From NCBI GenBank assembly GCA_020137815.1, contig CM035353.1:3844001-3908000 (forward strand): a stretch of DNA of 64,000 nt, in the 5' to 3' direction. The stretch is from Hormiphora californensis (taxonomy: Eukaryota > Animalia > Ctenophora). Numbering within the stretch: the stretch's first letter is position 1; each line of letters opens with the position of its first letter. Below, piece after piece: positions 15,064 through 28,690 of this stretch. The notes beneath the pieces were generated by a model, which had not been told where the DNA came from, did not search any database, and saw nothing but the letters and a program-made list of their open reading frames with translations. A program made the translations under genes and the position numbers.

Positions 15064-17069
15064 TTAAACCAACAGAATTTCTTTTATTTTCATTGTGATC
15101 GAAAGGGATCCAATGTCTTTCCCCTTGTACTTTAAGTGGACCAATTGGTTGTCCAAACTTTCCTCCACAGCAGGATTGAAGCCTCCCTGAGAAAATTTCA
15201 ATGTTATCAAACTAGTAAATTGATGAATAATATATTTTTAGGCTCTAATAATATAGACATTAAAGACTCTGTAATACTGATATTAAATCCTGATATAATA
15301 TATGTACCTGTATACAGACTCTCTATTACAGAGTCTGTAATCTGTATAATCTATCAAGAATTATGGAATGTTTATACCATGCGTAACAGCATCTTTGCAG
15401 CTAAAATTAATTCGTCTGTCTTATTCAAAAAAGGTAAATTGATAATTAATTAACTTAATTATAACTTACTGAACCAACTTCATCATCATCACCAATGTCG
15501 TCCTTGTCCATTAACTCAAACCTCAACCTGTAACAAGTTGCAAATGTAACCTGTAACAATTCGTTTGAGAGAGCTATACAATAGTCAATCAATTGAAAGA
15601 GCCTCTTGAACCCTTAAAGAGGATTTTGCCGCCTAAATTTAGGAGTTGCAAACATTAATTGCAAACATTAATTAAACAGGCATTAGCCAGTTTATTTCCT
15701 TACTAACTGATTACTACACATACTTGGTGGTGATAGGATCTCCCTTAGACTTGAATACAAAGAGTTCATTAATGACCACACTGTTTGTATTGTTCACAGG
15801 TTTCGTCTTGCCGACAACAACGTCATTGGCATACACCTAACGGAATAGAAATTGTAAACCTAAAATAAATTTAAATGCTGTGGAATAAGGTAAATGTATT
15901 ATATTATATTGACACAAATGCTAGAACAATATATTGTAATATGTAATAGTTGTTGAGTAAGGACCGGCTACTCAACAAAATAATAATATGTATATTATAT
16001 TGAAACAATTAACTACATGATATTAAAATGCTAGAACAATGTATTGTAATAATAGTAAGTTGTTGAGTAAGGACCGGCTACTCAACAAAATACTAGTACA
16101 CTGTACTAGTATTTTGTTGAGTACTAGTAGTACAGTCGCCAGTCGGACCCCTATTTACCGGGATGCTTGGTGGAAGGGCCGGTTTTGCCCGGTAAATCGG
16201 GGTCGGACTGTTATATAGGTCTGTTATATAAACTCACAATGACATAAGGATCAATTTCCCCTACTACATCAGTCTTCCTGGTGATATTGTTAATTGAATC
16301 AACGTACAGTTCCACAATCTTGGTAGTTTCAACGGGTGCGCCACCGGCATCCTGTAATAGACAAGGTAAACACGAGATATGTTGGTACTGGAAAATAAAT
16401 TAACCGTAGCTGCATCCTGTAATTGTAGGATATTCAGGTCAAGAAAATAGCTTATTTTTTCCTGCCCGGGTGGATGCCCGAAGGGCATCCACCCGGGATG
16501 ATCTTTTTAGCACGCACGTGCTAAAAAGATCATTCAGGGTTTAGAAATCAGCAGATCGTGGGGGTTAACTAAATGTCCGTCCGTCCGTCCGTCCGTCACG
16601 GACAACGCCTGACAACGCTCGAGTGCGCTCCTTCATCAAATCAAATAACTGTTTTGATGAAATATGATGTCAGGACGCTTATTTCTCAAATCTGTGCGTG
16701 GCGCTAACTGTGACAGAAACTACAAAGCCGCGCACGTTTCCTTATAGAAAATCCGTTCGGCGAAGCGTGTTACGTTTAGTTGACGCTGCTAACTTGCGAT
16801 GTCGAACTTGGTGGTTGATGAAATGAGTGTTTGGGTTAGGTTGCTCGTTACTAAGTTTGAGTTAGTGATGTTCTGTAAATTATAAATATCCGTCATCAGA
16901 CCAGATGCAGATCTTTCAATCTCTCGATCTTTCAATTCGATTCGAAAATATCGCGATAGTATCGAATCGAATCGAAAGATATATCGCTGGTTCCTAGTAT
17001 GAATAACTTATAATAACTTACCACTCCAACTTTCGCCTTTTTCTCCTTCTTCGATCCAAAAAGAGGCAT
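15064..17069 (-). CDS. Single C2-domain protein, paralog B (5 exons, 151 aa)
   Basis: Exons 17069-17022, 16351-16238, 15836-15724, 15527-15470, 15186-15064; exons 2-5 have the same sizes (114/113/58/123 nt) as in paralog A; MPLFGSKKEKKAKVGV-DAGGAPVETTKIVELYVDSINNITRKTDVVGEIDPYVI...LRFELMDKDDIGDDDEVGS...ITMKIKEILLV*. Confidence 0.88.
16140..16210. mobile_element. Tiny MITE of the cagtcggacccc family
   Basis: cagtcggacccctatttaccggg...cccggtaaatcggggtcggactg; same termini as 28691-29554; partial copies near 35336 and 52461. Confidence 0.75.
16454..16625 (+). mobile_element. 5' end of a DINE-1/Helentron-like non-autonomous element
   Basis: T-run, hairpin cccgggtggatgccc-gaa-gggcatccacccggg, second hairpin atgatctttttagcacg/cgtgctaaaaagatcat, then a (GTCC)n tract as in DINE-1-type elements. 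Confidence 0.55.
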
Positions 17070-17195
17070 TTTGATGTTATATGTGGCAAGAGATAAACTT
17101 TAAAACTGCAAAAATTAGGCGAAGTGGAAAGATTGGAGGATGTCAAGTGCACTGATCATGTGTTTGTTTGTTGTTTCTGTGAGGACAGAGTGTGG

Positions 17196-17265
<70 letters not shown>

Positions 17266-17792
17266 TAGAGAGAGAGAGAAAGGGTGAGGGAAAGGGTGAG
17301 GTGAGAGAGAGAGAGAGAGAGAGTGAGAGAGAGAGAGAGAGAGAGAGACGAGACGGAGAGAGTGATGGAAGAGTCGAGACGGCGCATGACCCGACGAGCA
17401 GAGCTTCGACGAGGGAGGGATGGCGTAGCGCTAGAACCTACATCGTCTAGTGCTAGCATCTCTCTCTCTCGCATCGGCTCAGACGATGCGACTCTCGCTA
17501 CACTGTCATGCAATTAGAGCGAACTTTGTTGTTGTATGCTTCCCTGTATTTGCTATTCCTCTCGTGTGCTGGCCCTTGTGACTAAACGTGGTATGTACAC
17601 TGTGTCTGAGCAAGCAGCATTCATCTTTGATTATTTTCTTGAAAGAAAACATTGTGCAGCTAATTCTGTACGCGTCGAGTGTTCAATATAAACATGGGAC
17701 ATTCACAACAACCAATCTTATGGTGGTAGACAACTTCGAAAGCTTTCGACACCCGGCCTATATCATGTAATGCATGTGCTGGTTATGTGCTG

Positions 17793-17901
17793 CAGGAACC
17801 GACTGAATCAGGAAATACTGGTCCCTGATTGGCTGATAACCAGTCACGTGACCTAAATAACGAGTTCTGATTGGTTGTTTACTTGTTTCGGTCGGTTCCT
17901 G
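17793..17901. mobile_element. 109-bp hAT-type MITE, second copy, inverted
   Basis: Perfect 8-bp TSD atgtgctg at 17785-17792 and 17902-17909. Confidence 0.92.
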
Positions 17902-19013
17902 ATGTGCTGTCTCCCAAAAGACTTACCTTTCCGATCCAGGCGTGGGGCCGACATTCAACTATTGAAGTCCTACTGTTCACCCCCCCCCCCTGGTTTTCAG
18001 AAAGTGCATTTCTTTGATATCTCGGGTTCTTAATAAGATAGAAATTTCATCTCAGATGTATTGGAAAGGTCTTGCAATCTCTCGTATTTGAAGCTAATTG
18101 CACGTGCACATGCGCGTGCATGTATAATAACTCTGATTTCTGAATTTCAAACACATCATTGAGACGCGACGTCATCTTTTCACCAAACTTTTAATTGGAC
18201 ACTTAAGCTAAGCTGGAATGTTACACATAATTTGTTTAGACGTTATTTCAACTTTCGTGCACCTCTGATCAGTGATCTCTTTATCACCATGCAATACAAC
18301 TGCAAGGTAAGGTGACATTGCCACATAGCGCGAAGTAATAAGTATGGAGAGGTACCAAAGTATCTCTGCGATAATACAAATGGAGCTTAAGCCCAAACTT
18401 CCCGATAAGATAGAAAGCTAAATCTGGTTCTGTCAGAGCGCGCGAGAACTGTGGTCAGAGCATTGGCCTGACAGATCTGGTTAGTCGTTGGTTGCTATAC
18501 GTTGGATTCGTCTGGAAAAGCTGATTCAGAAAAGCTTTAAAGCTCCGTTCAGTAGGGGGTTTCAGATCAAGATCATAGTTAGACGCTTATGTAAAATATG
18601 TGGTCCCTCGAGTATTTCAATATGACCTGGCACAAGAACCAGGTCACCCCCACCCGCTCCCGCACACAGAATCGATTGCCGCCGAAGTCAAATCCACAAA
18701 ATCCCGACGAACCACGGCTGAAATCAAAGATCCTGATGATTTACCGATTTCTCCGCCCCATAAAGTAAGATTCACCGCCGAGACAGCCTTTCATCCCAGC
18801 TGTACAGCTGCTATAGAAATACAGGTAATAGGGCGTAGCCCAAAAGCACCCTGAAAAAGCACGCCTGAGCAAAATTGCAATAGCCCCATAAGTCACCGTG
18901 TTTTCTTGAATATTATTCAATGACTAACATGAGGGGGTGGGCATTCGTTAGAAGGGTCCCTTGGGATCACATATTCCTGTTGAGAATCCTTTTTCAGTAT
19001 GTCACGATCCGAC

Positions 19014-19437
19014 CAGTTTCGACCCCCGTGAAATATTTCAAGCATCGACATTCTGAAATGTACACAATCTCAGCTTTCCAATGCGCCCACGCTCATGCTT
19101 CAACTCCATCGGGAACCGCTGCCCAAATCGCTAATTGTAATTGGCCAATTAGATCACACGCAGATCAAATTACTTCCTGTCAGCTCTCTCTGAACTTCAG
19201 AACTTTAATCTGGACGCCGTGGTGAGTCTCCGGGATTGGTTCAGTGATTTGGTGCTGTTTAGAAGAATGTTCAGGAAGTAATTTGAGCCGCGTGTGCGCT
19301 AATTGGCTAATTACAATTAGCGATTTTGGCAGCGGTACCCGATGGAGTTGAAGCATGAGCGTGGGCGCATTGGAAAGCTGAGATTGTGTACATTTCAGAA
19401 TGTCGATGCTTGGAATATTTCACGGGGGTCGAAACTG
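19014..19437. mobile_element. 424-bp palindromic MITE (~165-bp arms); partial copy at 57271-57370
   Basis: cagtttcgacccccgtgaaatatt ... aatatttcacgggggtcgaaactg. Confidence 0.85.
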
Positions 19438-19827
19438 AATACAAATCGAGTTAAATGCTAAATACAAAATATTCTTGTTCAATAAGGTATGATGAGACAT
19501 GTGAGTGTCGACTCTCACGTGACCTACTGCCACGTGGTTTATTGAACAGCTTTGCATTAATTATATGAATTTATTCATACAAATAGAAAACAAGTTAGTT
19601 AGTCATGACTAACTAACTTGTTTCTATTTGTATTTGCTCTCACCCTGTGATAGAGCACTGTCGGCAACCGGTGCACTGCAACTGAATTTATTCATATGTA
19701 GCCACACCAATTTGGTCAAATGGTTCCAATACGAACGATATATAAGCCATCTAAGTCGGAGGTACTTAGTCGGACCCTTTTATTTTTAAAGGTACCATTA
19801 AATCGCGTCTCTGATTGTGCTTTATAT

Positions 19828-22100
19828 ATGATTCTCCGGTTATTCCTTTACTGGTCATGGTGGTTAATTCTCCTCCAAAGAAGAGCCATCACTCATCCTG
19901 ATGACTGTCCTGTACGAGAGTATGGAGGATTCCTTAAGCGGGTTTGCCCCGATGTGGGGTTGGGCACATCAACTTTGCAGTGCCACAACTCTAAACAGCG
20001 CTACACTGTTGGGTTTGTTACAAGCTTCCACCGATACTCGATTACTAAAATTAACACAACTTGTTCCAATGATACTAAACTTTACCAGGCATGTTTAACT
20101 GCAAACCTAAAGATCCAAAGTTCCTTCCCACAATGTGGGACTTGGTGTGAAAGATTCGATGGATCTTATGAGCTTGTTTCGGACACTGACACTGACAAAT
20201 TCTGCGACACGTCCAGTGCTGCAGGGGATCATGGGGCCGGAGGAGAGTTGACTGTCGTAAATAACACGCCATTTAGTTTTAGTTATCGGTCAGAGGATAT
20301 TTGCAATGACATATGTGACATGCCGGTAAACCCTGGGAAAATTCTCGAGCTACGTATGACAGCGACTAATCCATGTTATGACGAGATAAATTGCAATGGT
20401 CTGTCGTATGGTATCGTTTCTCCTGGTGAATTATACATCTACCCATTCACTTCTGATCATCTTGATAATCAGGTACCACTTATACCACAAAACCTTACCT
20501 TGCTCGACTCTGTCTCACCGTTTGAACAAAACAAACCAGACCATGATCTAGAAAAAGAGAGGTTTTGTGAATTTAGCTTTGATCCAGGAAGATCCCCATT
20601 TCGCCTTTACAATGGGTCGAGGTGCTTTCCGTTCTTTAAGAAATCGCGTTATCTTGGCTATACTGGTCATCCTTTCTGTAGTAATGGTTATGATCAAACA
20701 AACTGCAGCGATCCAAGCCGAGTGGCTGGGATGTGCTTGGTAGAGGGTGATCTGACTAGCATTTCCGTTTACATTATCTGCTTGAAGCTTGTACTTTTTA
20801 ATCATTGGCAGCACATGCTTGTAATTTGCGATGACGGTTTAGATAGCCGATGCTTTGAAGTCGAACCTTTTTGTAACATTCATAAGCACTTTATATGTGA
20901 TGGAGTTGAAGACTGTCTCACTGGAGGGGATGAAAAAGGTTGCATGCTATCTTCAAAAATGTGCATTCGGTCATTCAACGCACATCCGTGTCCCCTTTTG
21001 AATGGATCCTAGACGGTGAAGCGATTGTTTGGAATATGCAGATGAAGAAGAGAAAATTGGGTCGTCTGCGGAAGTGGTGCCACGACACGGTACCGGGACC
21101 ATCAAGATAACTGTACTGAGGTTTGGTGGTGTGACGAACGGAAAGAAGAGTATGTTGAGCTAACCCAGGTTTGTGATACGATCGATAGTTGTGGTAATGA
21201 GGCATAATGTGTCGACTATCGAAGACCAAGTTTGAAGTAGAATATGCATGTTGGACGGTGATGTGGGTCGGGTTTCAAAAAGTATCTCCACCTTGCCTTC
21301 CGGGTATGAATCAGTTCATACGTACGTTTGACGTTCAATGCACCAGCCTTGTATAAAACACGATTTTAGTGGGTTTTTTGGAAAAGAAAAGGACTTGGTC
21401 TACATAACAGGTACGGTTAAGAAAGACTGTAGGTTTTATTTTGGCGAGCAGTATGTGCTAATGGCGTGTAGTGGTATGTGCCTGAACGAGGTTCAATGTC
21501 CCTTGAACCAACGGCCCGTTCTTCATAACTCGTGCGCTAACATTCGAAGAAAAGTTTTAACTTTATCAGATTCAGGCTCGCTCACCGCTTGTTGTAGCCC
21601 ACAAGGAACACTTCCACAACAACTTTTTTGTTTGTGAAAACAGTAAGTGTGTCTCCTACTCGGCGGTATGTGACACAATCGATAACTGTGGGGATGCCTC
21701 GGATGAGAAGAACTGCTTAAACAGCTTTAGGTGTGATAATCAGTTCCTGGTTCTCAGTCAGGTGTGTGATGGCAAGTACGATTGTCACGATCTCACGGAC
21801 GAGTGTAACGAGAGGTGCTCTAGGAAGCTTATTAAAAGTGCCTGGTTGTCAGCATTTGCGGGATCCTTCGGTAGTGCTGGACTGTTGTTGAACGTGTACA
21901 TTCTTGGAAAGGGTTTATTCTTTACTCCTCAATCGAAAACTCGGGCCAACTTTGTTCAGCGGTCCTTTGTGAAACTAATAACAGTGGGAGACATCCTCAC
22001 AACTCTCTACCTGGTATCTATGTTTGCGCTTAGCATCGTGTACGGGTCAGGGTACTGTAAACAACAGGTTCAGTGGTTGACTAGCATTCCTTGTAACATC
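19828..22100 (+). pseudogene. LDLa-repeat 7TM GPCR, frameshifted and truncated after the start of TM3
   Basis: Signal-like MILRLFLYWSWWLILL; Cys-rich/LDLa motifs (CDGVEDCLTGGDEKGC, CDGKYDCHDLTDEC); TM1 LLLNVYIL, TM2 LITVGDIL, YCKQQVQWLTSIPC; several frameshifts; no TM4-7 downstream. Confidence 0.8.
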
Positions 22101-23085
22101 CTTTTGTTTTTATTATTAGTTTTTAAACTAGATAAAGTTTTGGAAAAAACTATCAGAATGATATAAAAAATGAATGTACGCATTCGGCTTCGTTTGTTAT
22201 GACAAAATAAACTTACTGGTGAAGTTAAATTTTATCACCGTCTAATAACACAATGGTTTTTGAGACTGCTCAATTAATTTCTGGGCGAGAGAGAAGAACA
22301 GGTTAAAAAAGTGAAAGAAAACATTGAACGGGAAGATCTGCTACGAAATAGCAAGGAGTTCCGACAATCTACAGAATGGAAAAGTCGAAGCTGTGGTCTG
22401 CATTAGATTTGATATAATGAAGATTCAATTTGATATATAAACGCTAGCATTTTGTTTATCATTTATTTTTCTCGAGAAAAAAACCAGTCTCTTAATTTGT
22501 TTTCTAGACACAAAGTTGTTATGTTTTCGTTTACGAAACATTTTACAATATTTTACTGTTCCGCCGTCGTTCCCCCGTCGTTCCGCTGTTGTTCCGTTCT
22601 AATTCCACTGTTTTTTGTATTTCCAATTTTTCCCTTTTTTAAATTTTTCGAAAAATTTCCGATGCTGTTTTGAATTTTACCTTTCCCCGGTCGTCCTTTC
22701 TAATAAAAAGTAAATGGAATACCAAAAATAACGGTAAGAATAACAAAAGAACATAGAGGAACGCTGGAGTATATTTATTATTTATATCAGAACACCTGGC
22801 ACGAGAAAAGAGAGAGAAAGTTATATCCATTTTGCAGGAGTGTAATGTGATAGGGGTGAGATCACTAACACACAGAAATGTCAAACAAAAATTGACAAAT
22901 CCCAATCGCGAATGTGGGCCCTTGTCAGCGCCAAAATAAATTCCATGACCCTTGCCGGCGCCTCCGATATTCTAGTGAACAACTCTTGCCAGCGCCGCAT
23001 AATTTTGGTGGTCAGAAGTCACGTGACATGCACATACAAAATGGTGCCTCGCTTAGGAGGCTAAAATAGGTCCCAACTGTCCACA

Positions 23086-24165
23086 CTATACTACTGGAGT
23101 CAAATCCAAAGTTGCAGCGGTGGAATCGGGAGTGCCCCAAGGAACTGTTTTAGCGCCTCTGTTGTTCCTACTATATGTGAACGACATGGCTGATGTGTTG
23201 GAGCACTGCACTATGAAACTATTCGCTGATGATGCCAAGGTGAAAAAAAGCATCAAATCAGAGAGGGACAGGTCACTACTGTTAGATGACATGGACCGTA
23301 TCAACCAATGGGCTGCAGAGAACTCAATGGAGCTTAATGCGCAGAAATATCAACTCCTGCAGCACGGGCGGAACGAGCTTCTCAAGATGCCCTACTCCCT
23401 TCCAGATGGTACTACAGTGGAAAGGGAGAATGCCGTGAAGGACCTGGGGATAATTGTGGACTCTGAACTTACATGGAATCCCCAGATCACCAATGTGATA
23501 AAATCCGCCTCCCAAACTGCAGGAAGGATCCTTAGATCATTTGAGACTAGGGAAGCGGAGCCTATGCTGGTGCTCATGAAAACTTATATCAGACCTCACC
23601 TCGAGTACATCTCACCGATTTGGTCTCCACATCTGGTAGGGGAAATTCAACGAGTTGAGGCGGTTCAACGAGCATTCACTGCACATATCTCTGGCTGCGA
23701 GGAGATGAGCTACTGGCAGCGGTTACATCATCTCGGCCTGTACTCGCTACAGAGAAGGAGAGAACGATACAAAATTCTCTACCTATGGAAATTGTATCGT
23801 GGACTACTACCAAATCACCTCAAACTGGACTTCAATCACTCTGCCAGACGAGGACCCTATGTGGAGAGACCGCTGGGTAAAGCTAAACTGAAGAGCGTCA
23901 ACTCCAAAATTTTCAATTCCTGCTCATCAACTGCTGTTTCCCTGTTCAATGCTGTTCCTAAAGTTGTCAAGGAACAACTGACACTGGAGGGAGCAAAGCG
24001 GGAGCTTGATAAATTTCTATCGAAAATCCCGGATGAACCCCCCATAAAGGGTTACGGGGCGCAGAACACTAACAGTATCCTAGATTGGTGTGCCTGCCGA
24101 GGAGCGTTGTTGACAGCGGAGTCCTAGCAACTGGAGCTGAACCTGGTCACAGGTAATCACAGGTA
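23086..24165 (+). mobile_element. 5'-truncated CR1/L2-group LINE (RT C-terminal half)
   Basis: SGVPQGTVLAPLLFLLYVND, LFADD, KDLGI, RPHLEY...WSP, LYSLQRRRERY; short caggtaa(tca) repeat tail. Confidence 0.93.
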
Positions 24166-24403
24166 AACTCTCTCTAGAGAGGAAGAGACGAGAGAGAGAG
24201 ATAGAGATCGAGAGAGAGACGAGAGAGAGAGAGAGAGACGATAGCGAGAGCGAGAGAGAGAGAGAGATCGATGAAGATGCGCGAGAGAGCGAGAGAGAGA
24301 GCGAGAGACGAGAGAGAGAGATAGAGCGCGATAGCGCTATTCTCGAGTCTCTCTCTCTATGCGCTATCTCTCCTCTTCCTAGCTGCGCTCTCGATCTCTC
24401 TCT

Positions 24404-24466
<63 letters not shown>

Positions 24467-24694
24467 GCAACATAACGTTTCAGAACTCCCCAATACAAGA
24501 CTCGGGCCATCTCCAGAACGTCCACTGGGAAAGGCCTCTCTATCTCTGAAGATATAACTCATTTTAACATCATCTTTGATACATACATTTTCTTAGTCAC
24601 AATTTAGGGTAATCATTGAATACATGTAGTATACTTTTCAAAAGACAAAAGAACTTTTTTAAAGACAAACAATAAATTACCCACACACCCTCAT

Positions 24695-24784
24695 ATGTTG
24701 ACTTTCGAGATACGTGAGCAGAGAGAGGGAGAATGAGTATACTCATTCTCCCTCTCTCTGCTCACGTATCTCGAAAGTCAACAT
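24695..24784. repeat. Perfect 90-bp palindrome with no spacer
   Basis: atgttgactttcgagatacgtgagcagagagagggagaatgagta|tactcattctccctctctctgctcacgtatctcgaaagtcaacat. Confidence 0.95.
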
Positions 24785-24786
24785 CT

Positions 24787-25100
24787 TCATTCTTCCACTC
24801 TGACTGGGATCACACGTCTCTTGGTGCCCCTAAGCGCAACAAGTGTTGATCTCAATAAGCTGAATCGTGTCTTTTCACGAATGAAGGACATGGTTTCAGC
24901 GTAATATTCCTTGTGCCTGTCACAGATCTTCCTGGCCGCTCGCTCCAAAACCTTCCCTACTTCTCCGGCAAAACCTCCCGACGTGGAGAATACGAGGGGC
25001 GTGAAGGAACCCTGTTCCACTTCTTGCACCCTTCGCATATAGGCAAGTTTCTTTTGATTTTGGTGCTGTTTATACAGATTCGTGATGGGTACCTTCAGGT
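24787..25100 (-). mobile_element. 3' fragment of a CRE-like non-LTR retrotransposon (restriction-like endonuclease end)
   Basis: LYKQHQNQKKLAYMRRVQEVEQGSFTPLVFSTSGG...IREKTRFSLLRSTLVALRG matches the C-terminal signature of RLE-type (CRE clade) elements. Confidence 0.7.
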
Positions 25101-25898
25101 ATACTCATATTTTCTTTGTTTCATGAAATAATGGGTCAGATCAGGTAACATAATTCAACATCTGGACATCTCAATCTGCACTTTATCTCGATCTTTATTC
25201 GTGAAATACGGCCCAGAATCTAATATGTATAAGCATGCTTTTCATCAATAAAATTTTTCTTCAATGGTCCGAATTCCGTCAATCCCCCCAATTTTGGACA
25301 TCTCTGGACAATTGTCCAGAGATGTCCGAAATTGGCTACCTCCCCGGGCCCTCCCACTACCCCTGGACGCTCTTTTTGAATCGTCCCTAACCAATTTAAC
25401 TCAAGATCGAAATTTTTTTAGATTCTGTCAAGTGTTTGAAAATGAATTCATTTTTAGTACGGTTAATTGAGAGAAACAAATAAATTTTTAACAGAAATAG
25501 ACATAGGACAACAGGTATTCAAACCTCGATTTACAGCGGACAGATACATTCTATTTCCCCCAAATATTATATTTTAGTGAAATACATAATTTCACCGGTA
25601 AAGTTTGAATGTATTTCATAGTTAAATTTGATATGGGATCAGCAGTAATACAAATGTACATAAATTAATAAAGTACGAGTAGAAGATATAATAGACGTAC
25701 CAACTACCATTTTAAGCCGTATCTCCGTTTTCCATGACCGTTTTCCCACTACTTAAGCGACCGGGTTAGGCGGGGGCACACTGGAACTAGAGCAGCAGTT
25801 CTTAGTCACAAAATAGCACTGGTGGTAAGGTGCCGAACGAAGGCCGGTAATCCGAAATATTGAAATATGTTTCCAAAATTGTTGTATATAAAAAGCTG

Positions 25899-26505
25899 CT
25901 AGTCCCTCGATTTAGCAGCCCTATTAGCTAACACGTTTCCTGCAGTTCTACAATAGAAATGTCCGCTCCCGTGATCTTTGCTCTGACTTCCACCTTTGCT
26001 CTGTACTCCACCGGTACCAGCTGGTAGTGGGATAGTGGGATACCTGACTAGTGGGCTAGTGGGATACCTGACCCCATAAATATCGTTCTGATCATAACAG
26101 AAGATAATTCCAAGCACCCTCTTCGCCCTACTCAGCGTCACCCTCACCATCTTTCTACAGTCCTGGCAGCAGACATATAGGATAACAGGGTTAACTGCTG
26201 ACAATACTATGGGAGAGAAGACATCTTTTAGGAAGTTGATCCTGAGGAGAGTGTACTCATTGTCATAGGGATGCTGCTTCATCGCCATGACATACGCAGC
26301 GAGAGCTATATAGACCAAGAAGAGGGAGTTACCAAAATTCATCAGTACTATCGCGATGCTGCTTTGCCTGCTCTTCTTCCGTACATCTGTTAGAGGCGTC
26401 TTGGAGGACCGGAGGAGGTAGTATACCGTGATCAGGCTCGTTATAATGGAGGTCAAGGAGTGGAGAATGTAAGGAATAGCGAGGGTTAACATCCAGCCCA
26501 TTTTG
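25899..26505 (-). CDS. GPCR C-terminal part (TM5-TM7), probably a gene remnant
   Basis: Three hydrophobic helices, basic ICL3 (RKKSRQSS), TM7 PIVLSAVNPVILY. Confidence 0.6.
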
Positions 26506-26904
26506 AATTCTCTCCAGGATAACAGGTTAAATCTCAGCCAAATAGATGGTCCTGGAAATGATAACAAGTTGAATCTCAACCAAAAAAAAGGAATTTAAAT
26601 CTAAATTGTATTTATCATTTTCACAATTTGTCTGAGAATTAAATTAAATCTCAGAAAACTTGGTTTGTATTAGTTGACAGGGTTGGGATTTGGGAGAATT
26701 GTTGTAGTACAACTATTATAGGTAGTTAAATGTTGAAGAGGACAGACAATTTGACAGTTATTAATAGATAATAAGAACATCTATTTTCTAATCAATCAGA
26801 AACGACATTTATTTAACCACTACATCTAAATGACATGCACTGAAAGAATAAAAACATTCAACAGCTAATTATTTGAATTTTTAAATATATTTTGATAGAG
26901 TTTA

Positions 26905-28660
26905 TCATAGCACTGGCAAGTGCCCCGGGCCCAAAAGGGGGGTGTGGGGGCAGAGCCCCCACCACAAACGGGGGTGTGGGGGCAGAGCCCCCACCTTAGA
27001 AATACCCTCTAACTCAAAAAACAAAAGAGAGAGCACACGCAACACTTCTACACACAAGCGCGTGAAAACCTGCCAGTGCTACTATATACCATTGCAGATT
27101 TCGAGGTTTTTGATGCTTTAAAAAAGCATGTTCCAGATGAAGTAGAGAGCTGAAATTTTGTACTCTAAGGGCCCTCATATAGGAGAAGAGGCATGCAAAT
27201 TTTCAGAACGATAGGATGTAAGGTAAAAATTTGCCAGAGGGGTCCCAAAATGCAAAAATGTAAGGAGGGGGAGGGGAGGGGAGGGGAGGGGAGGGGAGGG
27301 GAGGGGAGGGGAGGGGAGGGGGAGGAGGACGCTTTTTTATCTTTGAGTGTTCTCCTAAACCACAAATAGTAGAGACTTGCCGTTTGGAACTGTGGTTCCT
27401 TCCATCATTGCGCTCGGTAATAGCTGTGTGAGAACTTCGAAATCGCCATAGTTCATTAATTATTCATTAATTAGTCATTTAATATTCATTTTAACCATGG
27501 TTGCGATATGACACGACTGGAAGGTCATAAAGACTTGAAACCGGTCTTATTCGACGCGGAATGGTCGGTTTATGGGGGGTCTTACTCGGGATAAAAATCT
27601 CTATCTCGCACCGTTAAGCCGTCATTTGCATATTTATGCACCTATTCACGATTTTATGCATATTTTCAATATTTTCACTTCGGCTGGTCCTAGAACGTTT
27701 TCATGGACATATTTCGACGCAAAAGAGTCGATTTATGGGGGGGGTCGTCCCCCGGAAAAAAGTCGTATCTCGCACCGTTTAGCCGTTATTTGCATATTTA
27801 TGCACCGATTCATAATTTAATGCATATTCTGAATATTTCCAGTTCAGCTGGTCCTAGAACGTTTTCATGGACATATTTCGACGCAAAATAGTCGATTTAT
27901 GGGGGGTCTTACTCGGGACAAAAATCTCCATCTCGCACCGTTAAGCCGTTATTTGCATATTTATGCACCGATTCATGATTTAATGCATATTCTTAATATT
28001 TCCACTTCGGATGGTCCTAGAACGTTTTCATGGACATATTCCGGCGCAGAATAGTCGATTTATGGGGGGTCGTCCCCCTGACAAAAAGTCGTATCTCTCA
28101 CCGTTTAGTCGTTATTCGCATATTTATGAATTATTCAAATTCGAAAATATGCAGAAATCAGAAAAAATTCCGAAAAAATAGCTTTTTCTATTTTACACCA
28201 AAAAGAACAGAAATTTAGTCCAAAAACCAATTAAATAAATTAGTTTGGATGCCCGGGCCCATGTGGTGTCACGGGGGTAACACCTTTAGGCTATAACTGT
28301 CATAAATGATGGATATCGAGAGATAAAGGCAAAGGAAATTAGGATAGAAAGGGTGAAATATAATCAAGAAAGACGGAGAGATAAATAAGAGGAGAGAGAA
28401 AAAAAGAGAGATATAGTGAAAGAAACAGTGAGAGAGAAAGAGAGAGAGAAATAGTGTGTGAGAGAGAGAGAGAGAGAGAGAGTGAGAGAGAGAGAGTGAG
28501 AGAGAGATAGATAAAGATAGACAGATGAGATTGAAGGATAACAGTTAACAATTAACGAGATATGCCGTTAATTATGGCAGTAGTGTAAAGGTGTTACCCC
28601 GTGACACCACATGGGCCCGGGCATCCAAACTAATTTATTTAATTGGTTTTTGGACTAAAT
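26905..28660 (-). mobile_element. Helentron/DINE-like non-autonomous element; reverse complement of 53989-56120
   Basis: Whole-length inverted similarity to 53989-56120; gcccgggccc sub-terminal motif at both ends, terminal stem-loop gcact-ggca-agtgc, internal ~160-bp tandem array (27570-28130), inverted duplication of one end (28217-28290 vs 28586-28658). Confidence 0.7.
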
Positions 28661-28690
28661 ACAGACATATATAGTATATTATATATGTTA

